Both the position numbers and the translations under genes were made by a program. A stretch of 64,000 nt of DNA. Origin: an uncultured Nitrosomonas sp. Lineage in GTDB: Bacteria > Pseudomonadota > Gammaproteobacteria > Burkholderiales > Nitrosomonadaceae. Shown one piece after another: positions 1 through 11,063 of the stretch (the stretch's first letter is position 1; each line of letters opens with the position of its first letter). The notes under the pieces are model-generated. The model was not told where the DNA came from and made no database searches. It saw nothing but the letters and a program-made list of their open reading frames with translations. The stretch spans positions 60,012 through 124,011 of the forward strand of contig CBDUPR010000002.1 of the NCBI GenBank assembly GCA_965369175.1, read 5' to 3'.

Positions 1-92
1 GTAGAAATCCCGCTATTTCGTAGAATAAGTGCTAATGCCATGCCTACCGGACCACCACCGATAATTGTAATGTCGTAATAGTCAGTAGTCAT
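1..92 (-). CDS. FAD-dependent monooxygenase, UbiH/UbiF/VisC family (N-terminal 30 codons only, runs off left edge)
   Basis: Reverse complement of 1..92 reads MTTDYYDITIIGGGPVGMALALILRNSGIS. This is a DxxIxGGGxxG Rossmann N-terminus typical of ubiquinone-pathway flavin hydroxylases. Start codon is CAT at 90..92 on the plus strand. Confidence 0.55.
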   Translation of the reverse strand, partial: MTTDYYDITIIGGGPVGMALALILRNSGIS

Positions 93-545
93 CGCGTTTG
101 TTTGATAGGCTTTCATAGATTAATCTCTGGGAATTCTCAGAAAAAACAACCGAAATTATTTGCTAAAATAAATCCCTGTACAAAGCCTTGCTGGAGCTAA
201 CAAGCTTATAAGGTTTAAGGATAAAAGCAGGATTATGCCTATTATTGTGGACTGTTTTTTGTTAATCTAATCAGTCTAGCTTAAGCCCACCGTATGCCTC
301 TTCTATTGATGGAATTCTATTCTTAACGTCGTTTCTCACTTACGAGGATAGCACAGGTCGTAGGGAGAGGGAATGAGATGATTGCCGTACGTTATATAGT
401 CCCTAGTGGCGCGATGGCATAATATACGCATGAAATATTAATATTGGTATCATTTTTAATAAATACTGGTGTGATTTATTTGAACTTGACCGAGTAGACC
501 TATCTAATATTTGTTTGAAATATTATTCCAGGAAGGAACGCTTAA

Positions 546-1295
546 ATGATAAGAGTACAGAAATATACATTTGTTGTAAGTTTGCTATTGGGATTGGTTT
601 ATTTCTCAACGAATGCATGGGCTGATACAAAAGATAATGATCTTGCAGTTGCAGCGGGGAAGGGAAATCTTAGACTAGTCAAGGTGTTGCTTGATACTCA
701 AGAGTTTGAAGATACTGAGCGAAATGCTGCATTAATCGCAGCGATTGAAAAGGGCAGCAAATCGATCGTACAAATTCTATTGCACACTGGAGCCGACGCC
801 AATGCTCGATCAGAAAACGGTTATACTGCTTTGATGCTGGCTTCGCAAGATGGGCGACATCAAATAGTCGAAGCCTTGCTTGCCGCTGGTGCTGAAGTAA
901 ACGCAACAACAGAGAATAATATAACCGCATTAATGCTGGCTTCTGAAAAAAACCGACAACAGGCTGTATCGATATTACTTGCTATGAAAGCGGATATCAA
1001 TCTAGCCAGAAAAGACGGTATGACCGGATTGATGCTGGCGTCACAGGAAGGCCATCAACAGATAATACAAGCATTGTTGAGTGCAGGTGCAAACCCTAAC
1101 ACTGTGTTAGAGAATGGTGCGACTGCATTGATGTTGGCTGCTCAACATGGCCATCAAGGCGCGATTTATTCATTATTGGCAGGCGGTGCAGCAGTGAATG
1201 CCCAGGCACAAAATGGGATGACTGCTTTAATGCTGGCAACCATGTATCAACATAGAGAGGCAATGCAGTTGCTTAAAAAAGCGGATGCCCATTAG
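546..1295 (+). CDS. secreted/periplasmic ankyrin-repeat protein
   Basis: 249-aa ORF. A signal peptide ending NAWA is followed by about seven tandem 33-residue ankyrin repeats (recurrent G-TALMLA--xGH--IV--LL--GA--N). Confidence 0.85.
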   Translation: MIRVQKYTFVVSLLLGLVYFSTNAWADTKDNDLAVAAGKGNLRLVKVLLDTQEFEDTERNAALIAAIEKGSKSIVQILLHTGADANARSENGYTALMLASQDGRHQIVEALLAAGAEVNATTENNITALMLASEKNRQQAVSILLAMKADINLARKDGMTGLMLASQEGHQQIIQALLSAGANPNTVLENGATALMLAAQHGHQGAIYSLLAGGAAVNAQAQNGMTALMLATMYQHREAMQLLKKADAH

Positions 1296-1436
1296 TGAAC
1301 ATAAGATCTCCCATCTTCATGTATAGCTATTATTCAGTTTAACTATTTAATCGTTTGTAAATGATATTTGCGGGCCTGGTGTAATAATGATCATGCTGAA
1401 TTAATTTAATCAAAAAAGAAATAGAGGAAAAACGAA

Positions 1437-2111
1437 ATGAATGTTTTTGTTGTCTCATTGCTTGCTGTACCACTACTAATGCTGACTGGTTGTGGGGAGG
1501 AGGCGCTCAATGATAAATCTAAAACGGAGGCACCTATGATGCTGATGGATGAATTTACATCTATTGATGAGCTGCCATCCGTATTGGAAGAGGGGTTGAC
1601 GCCAGAAGAAAAAGCAGAATTGAGAGAAAAGATATTACCTTCTGGATCGGCAGATGAATTGGCTGCTGAAGAAAAATTCAGACAATTACTGGAAGAAGCA
1701 AGAACGGGAGATGCCAAAGCGCAGAACGGCTTGGGTGTCATGTATTATACAGGCGAAGCAATTTCCAAGAATGGGGCAGGCCAAATATTGGAAAATGACC
1801 CGGAACTGGCTGCAGGCTGGTTTTTCAGAGCAGCGGAACAAGGGTATGCCGATGCACAATTTAATTTGGGCCTGATGTATGCAAATGGTGAAGGTGTTTC
1901 TCAAGATACGGCTAAAGCTGTGGAGTTATTTCAGAACGCAGCAGATCAAGGGCATGTTGATGCCCAAAATAATCTGGGTGCGTTGTATTATACTGGAGAA
2001 GGCATTGCCCGAGATGTCGATGAGGCTATTCACTGGTTTGAGAAAGCGGCTGCACAGGGAAATCTTGATGCGCAAGCTAATCTGGATGCAATTAGATCGA
2101 TGAATAATTAA
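1437..2111 (+). CDS. Sel1 (SLR/TPR-like) repeat lipoprotein
   Basis: 224-aa ORF. Lipoprotein signal with lipobox LMLTGC. The C-terminal half carries repeated AQxNLGxMYxxGEGVxxDxxxAxxWFxxAAxQG Sel1 motifs. Confidence 0.85.
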   Translation: MNVFVVSLLAVPLLMLTGCGEEALNDKSKTEAPMMLMDEFTSIDELPSVLEEGLTPEEKAELREKILPSGSADELAAEEKFRQLLEEARTGDAKAQNGLGVMYYTGEAISKNGAGQILENDPELAAGWFFRAAEQGYADAQFNLGLMYANGEGVSQDTAKAVELFQNAADQGHVDAQNNLGALYYTGEGIARDVDEAIHWFEKAAAQGNLDAQANLDAIRSMNN

Positions 2112-2270
2112 ATAGGCCTTGCTTTTTGATCAGCATAATTTTCCATTAGCAGAGTAGCGCGTAATGTTCTTGTTCTGAGAATAAATTATGATTATTCTTC
2201 TAGGGTTGAATTTATTTTGATGTATGACTCATGGCAAGATGTGAAGATACGACATGAGACCAATTAAAAT

Positions 2271-3638
2271 ATGGCAGTCATTCATACAATTAATCCTGCA
2301 ACTGGCGAAAAAATAGAATCTTATGATTTATTTTCGCATGATGCGGTAGAGGCTACTCTTGATAATTCGGCACGATCACGACCGGAGTGGGTGAATCTAT
2401 CGCTCGATGAGCGTACCGTATTATTACGATCTCTCGCCAGTATATTACGCACTCAAAAGAAAAGCCTTGCCGAACTAATTACATCTGAAATGGGAAAGTT
2501 GATTGGCGAGGCTCAATCTGAAATTGATAAATGTGCCTGGGTATGCGACTACTACGCGGATAAAGGCCAGCAATTCCTTGCGGACACACCAATCGAATCT
2601 GATGCCGGTTATAGTTATATTATTTATCAGCCATTAGGCACGATACTGGCTATCATGCCTTGGAATTTTCCCTTCTGGCAGGTGTTTCGTTGTGCAGTAC
2701 CTGCACTCATGGCGGGTAATAATATTCTATTGAAACATGCGTCTAACGTGCCGGGTTGTGCGCTGGCACTGGAACAATTATTCCAGGCGGCCGGTTTTCC
2801 ATCTCATGTTTTTTCAAGTTTGCTGATTTCCTCTAATCAGGTCGAAGCGATTATTGCGGATAGCCGTATTCATGCGGTCAGCTTGACCGGTTCTGAAAAG
2901 GCTGGCCGGAGCGTGGCTGCTACTGCGGGGCAATATCTAAAGAAAACGGTACTCGAACTGGGTGGATCTGATGCATTTGTCGTACTTGAAGATGCGGATA
3001 TGGATGCAACCGTGATGGCAGCGATTCAGTCCCGCTTTCTTAACAGCGGTCAGAGTTGCATTGCTGCAAAACGGTTCATTGTGCTTAATTCAATTGCAGA
3101 TGAATTTATCGAAAGATTGCATGTGGCCATCGAAAAATGGCAGGCAGGGGACCCATTAAATCCCGAGACAACACTTGCGCCTATGGCGCGTGAAGACTTG
3201 CGTGATATCCTGCATCAACAAGTAAGTGACAGTATTGATCAGGGCGCGGTGAAAGTAACGGGTGGCGAGATTCTATGCAGGTCTGGTTGGTTTTATGCCG
3301 CTACGTTGCTTGATCATGTTAAATCTGGGATGCCTGCTTATGATGAAGAAATATTTGGTCCAGTCGCAGTTGTGATACGTGCAACAGATGAGCAGGTCGC
3401 GTTGCGTATTGCCAATGATACAAGGTTCGGCCTTGGCGGTAGTGTCTGGACCAAAGACACGCAAAAAGGAGAGAACTTTGCACGTGCGATGGATTGTGGA
3501 TGCGTTTACGTTAATGGTATGGTTAAAAGCGATCCACGTCTTCCTTTTGGTGGTATTAAACACTCAGGTTACGGCAGGGAACTATCATTACTGGGTATTC
3601 GCGAATTTATGAATGCAAAGACAATTTGGATAAAGTAG
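2271..3638 (+). CDS. NAD(P)-dependent aldehyde dehydrogenase, succinate-semialdehyde dehydrogenase-like
   Basis: 455-aa ORF with aldehyde dehydrogenase hallmarks: PWNFP, catalytic Glu in LELGGSD, catalytic Cys in GQSCIAAKR, and C-terminal [13 protein letters not shown]. Confidence 0.9.
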   Translation: MAVIHTINPATGEKIESYDLFSHDAVEATLDNSARSRPEWVNLSLDERTVLLRSLASILRTQKKSLAELITSEMGKLIGEAQSEIDKCAWVCDYYADKGQQFLADTPIESDAGYSYIIYQPLGTILAIMPWNFPFWQVFRCAVPALMAGNNILLKHASNVPGCALALEQLFQAAGFPSHVFSSLLISSNQVEAIIADSRIHAVSLTGSEKAGRSVAATAGQYLKKTVLELGGSDAFVVLEDADMDATVMAAIQSRFLNSGQSCIAAKRFIVLNSIADEFIERLHVAIEKWQAGDPLNPETTLAPMAREDLRDILHQQVSDSIDQGAVKVTGGEILCRSGWFYAATLLDHVKSGMPAYDEEIFGPVAVVIRATDEQVALRIANDTRFGLGGSVWTKDTQKGENFARAMDCGCVYVNGMVKSDPRLPFGGIKHSGYGRELSLLGIREFMNAKTIWIK

Positions 3639-3770
3639 CCATCCTGTAATCAAATATATAGTAATGCTGTAATTTTAGTAGATCCGGAGTAGGCTGTCAG
3701 CTCTGAGAAATATACTTTTTCTCTCCCCCGATTCAGGCTGGCTTTGATGTCATCAAAAAAGCCTGGTCCG

Positions 3771-4487
3771 TTATGGTTGTACTTGAACAATTGAATTGCC
3801 GTGTGCTATTCCACTAATAACACGTCCAGACTCATTGCGGACCTGAACAATTTTTCCTTCGGCAGCATCGGCAAGCGCCTGGCCTTCAGAACTGATATTA
3901 AACCCCTGTCCCTGAATGTGTAACTTTACCTTTTGCCCGCGTAATATGACATAAGGTGCGCGCAGCATATGTTGGCGCAATGGTTGGCCAGAGGTGAGGT
4001 TAGTTCGGGGTATTTGACCGATAGCCTGCATTACGTCTGTTAAAACGCCTTCGGGCATCTGAACTAGATTGACTTTCTGTAGCACGATATCATGTGATGA
4101 GATGGGGCGGCCCTGAGTAATGGGTTGCGCTGCATGAAGAACATCCGCCATGATTTTAATATCAGCCTGCACATAGATTGTCCAGGGGGTTTGACTATTA
4201 CAACGGACTCCAATTGAAGTTTTTCCCCATAATCTCCCTCCTGTTGGAATGAAGGGCTCCATTTCCGGACACTGAGGTAATGTAATGCGTGAATCAATCT
4301 TACTCAAATTCACGATGATCTGTCCGGAGAGGTCAGTCGTTTTATTATAAATAAAATTTTCCACTGCTTTCAAAATCAAGGGTGTTTCCTGGAATTGCAA
4401 GGAGCGCTTATGTTCTGCCGCAGATAATGGGATAGCAGAACCTGCCAATTGAAGCAGGCTGAAACTGATTATCAAGATACGTTTCAT
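3771..4487 (-). CDS. flgA: flagellar basal-body P-ring formation chaperone FlgA
   Basis: 238-aa ORF with a signal peptide and a C-terminal SAF/FlgA-type domain (GQKVKLHIQGQGFNISSEGQALADAAEGKIVQVRN). It is divergent from flgB, as in the canonical flg locus. Confidence 0.85.
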   Translation of the reverse strand: MKRILIISFSLLQLAGSAIPLSAAEHKRSLQFQETPLILKAVENFIYNKTTDLSGQIIVNLSKIDSRITLPQCPEMEPFIPTGGRLWGKTSIGVRCNSQTPWTIYVQADIKIMADVLHAAQPITQGRPISSHDIVLQKVNLVQMPEGVLTDVMQAIGQIPRTNLTSGQPLRQHMLRAPYVILRGQKVKLHIQGQGFNISSEGQALADAAEGKIVQVRNESGRVISGIAHGNSIVQVQP

Positions 4488-4742
4488 AAATGGCGATTTA
4501 TCTAATTAATAATTTGGATTTGCGGCCGCTGGTCTGCTTGCTGACCAATAATTGCCGTATGCGGCAACTATTGGTATCGCACCATGACATGGTATGCATA
4601 AAAGGAAGTGCGCATACTTGAAGATAGCGGCTATTTTAAGGCTTATTCGTCAGATCATCTGTTATGTATAGAGAATAATATGCCGCATATTAGATGCTTA
4701 ACGATAAGTAGAATCATTCATTTATCATTTAAGGATACGCAT

Positions 4743-5144
4743 ATGATCAATAAGCTTAATAACACACTGAGTTTTCATCACCAGACATTAAATCTTAGAA
4801 CAACCCGGCAAGAATTATTATCCGGCAATATTGCCAACGCAGATACACCAAACTTTAAAGCACAAGATATTGATTTCTCCAGGACGTTACGAGAAACGTT
4901 GTCATCAAAGAATATGAAGACAGGCCTGGCGACAACCTCTCCAGCACATATTCATTCAGACTCCGGAAATATATCCGCTGCCCAGATACTATACCGGATT
5001 CCCCAGCAGCCCAGTACAGATGGAAATACGGTTGATATGGATACAGAGCGTACTAGATTTGCCGATAATTCAATTAAGTATGATGCCAGTCTGACATTTA
5101 TAAGTGGTCAAATCAAATCTTTGTTATCCGCTATCAAGGAGTAA
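4743..5144 (+). CDS. flgB: flagellar basal-body rod protein FlgB
   Basis: Rod-protein N-terminal motif [16 protein letters not shown]. The ATG at 4743 is preceded by AAGGA. The track ORF from GTG 4608 adds 45 residues with no FlgB resemblance. Confidence 0.9.
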   Translation: MINKLNNTLSFHHQTLNLRTTRQELLSGNIANADTPNFKAQDIDFSRTLRETLSSKNMKTGLATTSPAHIHSDSGNISAAQILYRIPQQPSTDGNTVDMDTERTRFADNSIKYDASLTFISGQIKSLLSAIKE

Positions 5145-5149
5145 TCCGT

Positions 5150-5554
5150 ATGTCGTTATTCAAGGTATTTGATATTGCTAGTTCAGCAATGGCTGCGCAG
5201 TCTCAGCGACTGAATGTGGTGGCCAGCAATCTATCCAATGCTGATAGTGTAACCAGCTCTACGGGTGAGCCTTACCGCGGCCGTCAGGTCGTTTTCAGTA
5301 CGCTAAAAACAGCTAGCAATGGAGCTAGCGGTGTCAAGGTGGCAGGCGTTATTCACGATCCATCTCCGATGAAACAGGTTTATGAGCCCAATCATCCGTT
5401 AGCTAATAAAGAAGGTTATGTAACGATGCCGAATGTCAATGTCGTAGATGAAATGGTTAATATGATGTCTGCATCACGTTCATATCAGAATAGCGTAGAT
5501 ATGATGAATACAACTAAGGCTCTGTTGCAGAAGACACTGACAATTGGCCAATAA
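5150..5554 (+). CDS. flgC: flagellar basal-body rod protein FlgC
   Basis: 134-aa ORF with typical FlgC ends (SNLSNADSV ... [26 protein letters not shown]). It lies between flgB and flgD. Confidence 0.95.
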   Translation: MSLFKVFDIASSAMAAQSQRLNVVASNLSNADSVTSSTGEPYRGRQVVFSTLKTASNGASGVKVAGVIHDPSPMKQVYEPNHPLANKEGYVTMPNVNVVDEMVNMMSASRSYQNSVDMMNTTKALLQKTLTIGQ

Positions 5555-5565
5555 AAGGATAAGCA

Positions 5566-6234
5566 ATGAATTCAATCCAGGATTCCAGTGTTTCGCCGTT
5601 ACTGGCTTCAGGTAATTCTGCGGCTGCCTCAGTTAAACAAGATACCGATAATCCGCAAGACCGATTTCTGAAATTATTGGTCACACAAATGCAGAATCAG
5701 GATCCACTTAATCCGCTTGATAATGCCGAAGTCACCAGTCAATTAGCGCAAATCAGCACAGTAACCGGTATCGATAAGCTAAATGCCACACTTCAACTAT
5801 TGGTCTCTGATTTTGAAGAAAACCGTTCTATGGAGGCTGCTGCGATGATTGGACGTAGCGTTCTGGTTCCTGGAATCTCGATAACATATGAAAATAATAC
5901 AGCTGTAGCGGGTGTGGATTTACCTCAAGCGGTGGATCAATTGACGGTCACGATTATGGACAGTGCCGGTGTTGCCGTACGCAGTTTAGACATTGGACCC
6001 CAACCAAAAGGCGTGAGTACTTTTGCCTGGGATGGAATCACGAGTAGCGGTACTGCTGCAGCCAATGGCAATTACAGTTTCTCAGTAAGTGCCAGGCAGG
6101 GTGATCGGGATATCGCTGTAGATACACTTGCGGTTGGTTCGGTGAATAGTGTATCGCCCGGTATACACGGCGCAGTATTGGATGTTGGTGAATTAGGGCT
6201 TGTTGAGTTGGCAAATATTAAGCAAATATTCTAA
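5566..6234 (+). CDS. flgD: flagellar hook assembly (capping) protein FlgD
   Basis: 222-aa ORF with the FlgD N-terminal motif FLKLLVTQMQNQDPLNPLDN and a FLgD Ig-like C-terminal region. Confidence 0.9.
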   Translation: MNSIQDSSVSPLLASGNSAAASVKQDTDNPQDRFLKLLVTQMQNQDPLNPLDNAEVTSQLAQISTVTGIDKLNATLQLLVSDFEENRSMEAAAMIGRSVLVPGISITYENNTAVAGVDLPQAVDQLTVTIMDSAGVAVRSLDIGPQPKGVSTFAWDGITSSGTAAANGNYSFSVSARQGDRDIAVDTLAVGSVNSVSPGIHGAVLDVGELGLVELANIKQIF

Positions 6235-6246
6235 TAAGGGGGAGTC

Positions 6247-7512
6247 ATGGGATTTCAGCATGGATTAAGTGGGATTAGTGCGGCGGCGGCCAATCTGGAT
6301 GTTATTGGTAACAATATAGCGAATACCAATACGGTTGGGTTTAAGCAATCTCAGGCTCAATTTAGTGAAGTATTTGCCAATTCATTGAGTACGGGTAATA
6401 GACAGGCTGGTATGGGTACTGAGGTGTCAACGATAGCCCAGCAATTTACTCAGGGAAACATTAGTACGACTAATAATCCGCTGGATATTGCAATTAATGG
6501 CAAGGGTTTTTTTCGTATGAGTGATGCGGGTAATATCAGCTATAGTCGTAACGGTCAATTTCATGTTGATAGTGCGGGTTTTATTGTTAATGCAAATAAC
6601 CTGAATCTTACGGGACTGATAGCAGATGCCGCTGGCAAGATTACGGCGGCCACGCCAACCAACTTAAAGCTGACTACTGCGGATTTGACTCCTCAAGCTA
6701 CAAGTTCTTTTACCAGCGGACTGAATCTTGATTCACGTAGTACGCCCATACCCGACTCCATTTCAGTTTTTAATGCGACTGATCCGACTACCTATACAAG
6801 TACAACTTCAGGTTCAATTTTTGATAGCTTAGGCAATTCACATATATTTTCATTATTTTTTCAAAAAAATGAGGCTGCTAATTCATGGAACGCCTTTGCA
6901 ACGGTGGATGGAGCGGTGACTGAAAATGGTCTGCCGAAAGGTATTACACTGGATGGGAGTGCGTCTCAGGCACTTACTTTTGATAATAACGGTGTGTTAA
7001 CTGCGCCTGCCAAACTCGTGACCGTGTCTGTTGATCTTGCCGCGATTGACCCGGCTAATGGTGCAGCCTCTCCTTTGGATTTTACGCTGGATATTACCAA
7101 CGCAACTCAGTTTGGTGCAAAATTTGGCGTTAATTCGCTGGTGCAAGATGGTTCCGCTTCAGGTCGTCTAGCCGGATTTTCTGTGTCAGAAGATGGCATT
7201 ATCAGTGGAAATTATACGAATGGAGAAGTTAGAACGCTGGGGCAAACGGTCTTGGCTAACTTCAGTAACCCGCAAGGTCTTGCATCATTAGGAGGTAACC
7301 AATGGGCTGAAACGGCCAGCTCCGGACAGGCATTGGTTGGTCCGCCTCAAAGCGGCACATTGGGTAGTCTGCAATCTGCTGCAGTTGAAGATTCAAATGT
7401 TAACCTGACGGATGAGCTGGTGAATATGATTACTGCGCAACGCGTTTATCAGGCTAATGCTAAATCTATTGAGACTCAGGATGCGGTGCTACAAACATTG
7501 GTTAATTTATGA
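6247..7512 (+). CDS. flgE: flagellar hook protein FlgE
   Basis: 421-aa ORF. N-terminus GLSGISAAAANLDVIGNNIANTNTVGFK and C-terminus EDSNVNLTDELVNMITAQRVYQANAKSI match the hook/rod family. Confidence 0.95.
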   Translation: MGFQHGLSGISAAAANLDVIGNNIANTNTVGFKQSQAQFSEVFANSLSTGNRQAGMGTEVSTIAQQFTQGNISTTNNPLDIAINGKGFFRMSDAGNISYSRNGQFHVDSAGFIVNANNLNLTGLIADAAGKITAATPTNLKLTTADLTPQATSSFTSGLNLDSRSTPIPDSISVFNATDPTTYTSTTSGSIFDSLGNSHIFSLFFQKNEAANSWNAFATVDGAVTENGLPKGITLDGSASQALTFDNNGVLTAPAKLVTVSVDLAAIDPANGAASPLDFTLDITNATQFGAKFGVNSLVQDGSASGRLAGFSVSEDGIISGNYTNGEVRTLGQTVLANFSNPQGLASLGGNQWAETASSGQALVGPPQSGTLGSLQSAAVEDSNVNLTDELVNMITAQRVYQANAKSIETQDAVLQTLVNL

Positions 7513-7579
7513 GTGTCAATGATGATGCCGTATTTATAAGAATAATTAATTCTAAATCAATTTGTTATTCAATTAATGG

Positions 7580-8329
7580 TTGAGTATGGATCGCTTAATT
7601 TATACAGCCCTGGCGGGCGCAACGCACACACTTAGTCAGCAGGCGACAGTTTCACATAATTTGGCTAATGCAACCACAACGGGTTATCGTGCAGAGGCAA
7701 ATGCATTTCGTGCCGTACCGGTTTTTGGTGATGGGCTGCCGACACGTGCTTTTGTGGTTGATTCCACAACCGGAGTCGATTTTACCCCAGGCCCGATTCA
7801 GCAGACAAGCCGTGATCTGGATGTGGCAATAAAAGGATCAGGATGGATCACAGTACAGCTTGAAAACGGTGATGAGGCATATACTCGCCATGGCAGTTTG
7901 CAGATTAACCCCAGTGGAATTTTGCAAACGCACAATGGAATGAATGTGAAAGGCGATGTCGGAATAATTTCAATACCTCCTGAAAATCGCATTACCATAG
8001 CGAGAGATGGGACGGTTTCAGCTGTACCTACGGTATCTTCACCTAATACGGTTGCAGTTATGGGGCGTATTAAATTGGTCAACCCGCCTGAAGATCAATT
8101 GATCAAAGGGAGTGATGGTTTATTTAGGCTAAAAGAAGGAGGGGAAGCTTCTGCTGATGCAAACGTGACACTGATTGATGGCGCATTAGAAGGAAGTAAT
8201 GTCAATCTTGTGCATGAGATGGTCAGTATGATTTCCCTTGCGCGCCAGTTTGATATGCAAATGAAGATACTTGAAAGCGCCGAGCGTAATTCGCAGCAAG
8301 CCAGCGAGATTATGGTTTTAAGAGGTTAA
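7580..8329 (+). CDS. flgF: flagellar basal-body rod protein FlgF
   Basis: 249-aa ORF with HNLANATTTGYR at the N-terminus and EGSNVNLVHEMVSMISLARQFD at the C-terminus. The start is either TTG 7580 or ATG 7586 (MDRLIYTA). Confidence 0.9.
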   Translation: MSMDRLIYTALAGATHTLSQQATVSHNLANATTTGYRAEANAFRAVPVFGDGLPTRAFVVDSTTGVDFTPGPIQQTSRDLDVAIKGSGWITVQLENGDEAYTRHGSLQINPSGILQTHNGMNVKGDVGIISIPPENRITIARDGTVSAVPTVSSPNTVAVMGRIKLVNPPEDQLIKGSDGLFRLKEGGEASADANVTLIDGALEGSNVNLVHEMVSMISLARQFDMQMKILESAERNSQQASEIMVLRG

Positions 8330-8384
8330 ACCGAATTCAGCTAATAATTATTTTATTGGATACATTAAATTCTTGAGGTGAGGT

Positions 8385-9167
8385 ATGGTTCGTTCATTAT
8401 GGATATCAAAAACAGGCCTTGATGCGCAACAGACCAAGATGGACGTCATTGCGAATAATCTGGCGAATGTTAGTACGAATGGTTTTAAACGTGCCCGTGC
8501 AGTTTTTGAAGATTTACTTTACCAGACTATTCGCCAACCAGGTGCTCAGTCTTCGCAACTGACACAATTACCTTCGGGTCTACAGCTAGGCACGGGTGTA
8601 CGACCGGTGGCTACAGAAAGTATATTCACTCAAGGCAATTTGCAGCAAACCGGCAATCCGCGCGATGTCGCTATTCAGGGTGAAGGTTTTTTTCAGGTGT
8701 TATTGCCGAATGGAACAACAGCTTATACTCGTGATGGTGCATTTCAGTCGGATATTAATGGCCAGTTTGTAACGTCAAGCGGATTTACCATTCAACCGGA
8801 CATTACTATTCCACCTAACACTTTAAATATAACGATTGCACGTGATGGTACGGTATCGGCAGTCGTGCCGGGATCAGCATCCCCTATTCAGGTGGGTAAT
8901 ATTCAGCTAGCCAGTTTTATTAATCCAGCCGGATTACAAAGGGTTGGCGAGAATCTTTATCTGCAAACGGCTTCAAGTGGCACACCGAATCAAAATGCGC
9001 CCGGTACGAATGGTGTCGGGTTACTGAATCAGGGTTTTGTTGAAACTTCAAATGTGAATGTCGTAGAAGAGCTGGTAAGTATGATTCAAACGCAACGTGC
9101 CTATGAGATTAATTCGAAAGCAATAGAAACTTCAGATCAAATGCTCCAAAGACTATCACAACTTTAA
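8385..9167 (+). CDS. flgG: flagellar distal rod protein FlgG
   Basis: 260-aa ORF with highly typical FlgG sequence ([36 protein letters not shown] ... [28 protein letters not shown]). Confidence 0.95.
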   Translation: MVRSLWISKTGLDAQQTKMDVIANNLANVSTNGFKRARAVFEDLLYQTIRQPGAQSSQLTQLPSGLQLGTGVRPVATESIFTQGNLQQTGNPRDVAIQGEGFFQVLLPNGTTAYTRDGAFQSDINGQFVTSSGFTIQPDITIPPNTLNITIARDGTVSAVVPGSASPIQVGNIQLASFINPAGLQRVGENLYLQTASSGTPNQNAPGTNGVGLLNQGFVETSNVNVVEELVSMIQTQRAYEINSKAIETSDQMLQRLSQL

Positions 9168-9183
9168 TATAAAAATCGAAACA

Positions 9184-9891
9184 ATGGCTGTCAGAACGGG
9201 ATTGCAGCACTTATATTCCAGTTTATTTTTATTCGTATTTATAGGTGTGGTGACTGGTTGTGCAATCACGCCGTCTACCGCGATACACCAACCGATCACT
9301 TCCCGCCCGGACGCATCGGTTAAGGTCATTGATTCAAATGGCGGTATTTTCCGAACGGTTTACAATGCACAGGTTGGGAGTCGTTACATTCCATTATTCG
9401 AAGATCGACGTGCACGCAGCGTAGGGGATACCATAATCGTTGCACTTAACGAAAAGACTAATGCCAGGAAAAGCTCTGGCAGCAATATAGATCGTTCCGG
9501 TGGTATTGATTTTTCAATACCGACTGTTGTTGGACTACCCATAGGTTTTTTACGTGGCACAAGCCTGGAAGCAAATTCTAACAATACCTTTGATGGGAAA
9601 GGAGCCAGCTCAAGTAATAATGATTTTACCGGCACCATTACCGTGACAGTGATTGAGGTGTTGCAGAATGGCAATTTACTTGTAAGCGGTGAGAAACAAA
9701 TTGGTATCAATCACGGACAAGAGTTTATCCGCTTGTCGGGCATAATTAACCCTATTAATGTCATAGGTAATACTGTTTCATCAGTGCAAGTAGCCGACGC
9801 ACGTATTGAATATCGAGCCAATGGCTATCTGGATGAAGCGCAGACGATGGGGTGGTTATCTCGGTTTTTTCTTACCATTTCACCATTTTAA
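9184..9891 (+). CDS. flgH: flagellar L-ring lipoprotein FlgH
   Basis: 235-aa ORF with lipobox VVTGC and FlgH core motifs ([38 protein letters not shown]). Confidence 0.9.
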   Translation: MAVRTGLQHLYSSLFLFVFIGVVTGCAITPSTAIHQPITSRPDASVKVIDSNGGIFRTVYNAQVGSRYIPLFEDRRARSVGDTIIVALNEKTNARKSSGSNIDRSGGIDFSIPTVVGLPIGFLRGTSLEANSNNTFDGKGASSSNNDFTGTITVTVIEVLQNGNLLVSGEKQIGINHGQEFIRLSGIINPINVIGNTVSSVQVADARIEYRANGYLDEAQTMGWLSRFFLTISPF

Positions 9892-9901
9892 TGATCGATT
9901 C

Positions 9902-11044
9902 ATGATGATTACTTCCAGAAATAAGTTTAGCTTGAGTACGTTGCATCATGTAATTGTTTATGGGTTACTTTTTGCCAGTTTATTTTTGCCTGGATTAAGT
10001 GCGGCTGAACGCATTAAAGATCTGGCTACAATTCAGGGTGTACGCGACAATCAATTGATTGGTTATGGTCTTGTGGTGGGCTTGGATGGTAGCGGTGATC
10101 AGACTACGCAAACGCCATTTACGATACAGAGTATTATTAGCATGTTGGGACAACTGGGCGTCAATCTGCCGCCAGGTACCAATATGCAATTGCGCAATGT
10201 CGCTGCTGTAATGGTAACCGCGAAATTGCCGGCATTTGCCAAACCGGGGCAACAAGTGGATGTTACGGTGTCATCAGTTGGTAATGCAAAAAGTTTACGT
10301 GGAGGAACATTGCTATTGACTCCTTTGAAAGGGGTAGATAATCAGGTATATGCGATGGCCCAGGGCAATATCCTGGTGGGTGGCGTAGGCGCTGCTGCTG
10401 CCGGAAGCAGTGTACAAATAAATCATCTCAGCGCTGGCCGAATTAGTGGAGGCGCGATTGTCGAACGTTCAGTACCTTCATCACTTGGACAAGGTGACTA
10501 TATTAATCTTGAGCTGAATACAACAGATTTTACAACGGTCAGGCGTGTTGTCGATGCAATTAATTCCTTTTCTCCAGGATCGGCTTCTGCGATAGATGGT
10601 CGTCTCATTCAAATTCAGGCTCCAGCCAGTAATAATCAGCGGGTCATGTTTATTTCTCAAATTGAAAGCCTCGATGTCATACCTGCAAAAGGATTGGCAA
10701 AGGTTATTGTTAATGCGAGAACCGGATCGATTGTAATGAATCAGGCAGTTACGCTGGAGTCAAGCGCAGTGGCTCATGGCAATTTATCAATCATTATCAA
10801 TAATGAACCGATAATTAGTCAACCGGGCCCATTTTCTGAGCGGGGAGAAACCGTGGTTGCTCAGCGTGCTCAAGTAGAGATTCGTACTGATGAAGGGAAT
10901 CTCATGCTGTTACCCAATGGCGCTGATCTGGGTGAAGTGGTCAAGGCATTAACGGCCATTGGTGCTACGCCACAGGATTTGCTGGCAATATTACAAGCTT
11001 TAAAGGCGGCGGGATCATTACGTGCCGAGCTGGAAATTATTTAA
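9902..11044 (+). CDS. flgI: flagellar P-ring protein FlgI
   Basis: FlgI core (RIKDLATIQGVRDNQLIGYGLVVGLDGSGDQT ... ILQALKAAGSLRAELEII). The ATG at 9902 gives a normal signal peptide. The track start at 9806 overlaps the flgH 3' end. Confidence 0.9.
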   Translation: MMITSRNKFSLSTLHHVIVYGLLFASLFLPGLSAAERIKDLATIQGVRDNQLIGYGLVVGLDGSGDQTTQTPFTIQSIISMLGQLGVNLPPGTNMQLRNVAAVMVTAKLPAFAKPGQQVDVTVSSVGNAKSLRGGTLLLTPLKGVDNQVYAMAQGNILVGGVGAAAAGSSVQINHLSAGRISGGAIVERSVPSSLGQGDYINLELNTTDFTTVRRVVDAINSFSPGSASAIDGRLIQIQAPASNNQRVMFISQIESLDVIPAKGLAKVIVNARTGSIVMNQAVTLESSAVAHGNLSIIINNEPIISQPGPFSERGETVVAQRAQVEIRTDEGNLMLLPNGADLGEVVKALTAIGATPQDLLAILQALKAAGSLRAELEII

Positions 11045-11063
11045 AATATAACTGATAGATACC

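Noticed and set aside
1406-1741. 111-aa minus-strand ORF rich in Ser/Asn
   Set aside because: It is antisense to the well-supported Sel1 lipoprotein gene. The product is low-complexity with no start context.
4608-4742. Long N-terminal extensions in the ORF track (starts at 4608, 9806, 19033, 22333, 26887, 43159, 51834, 55295, 55655, 58332 and 59969)
   Set aside because: Each extension overlaps the upstream gene or lacks family similarity. In each case an internal Met with a better Shine-Dalgarno sequence, signal peptide or alignment was chosen.
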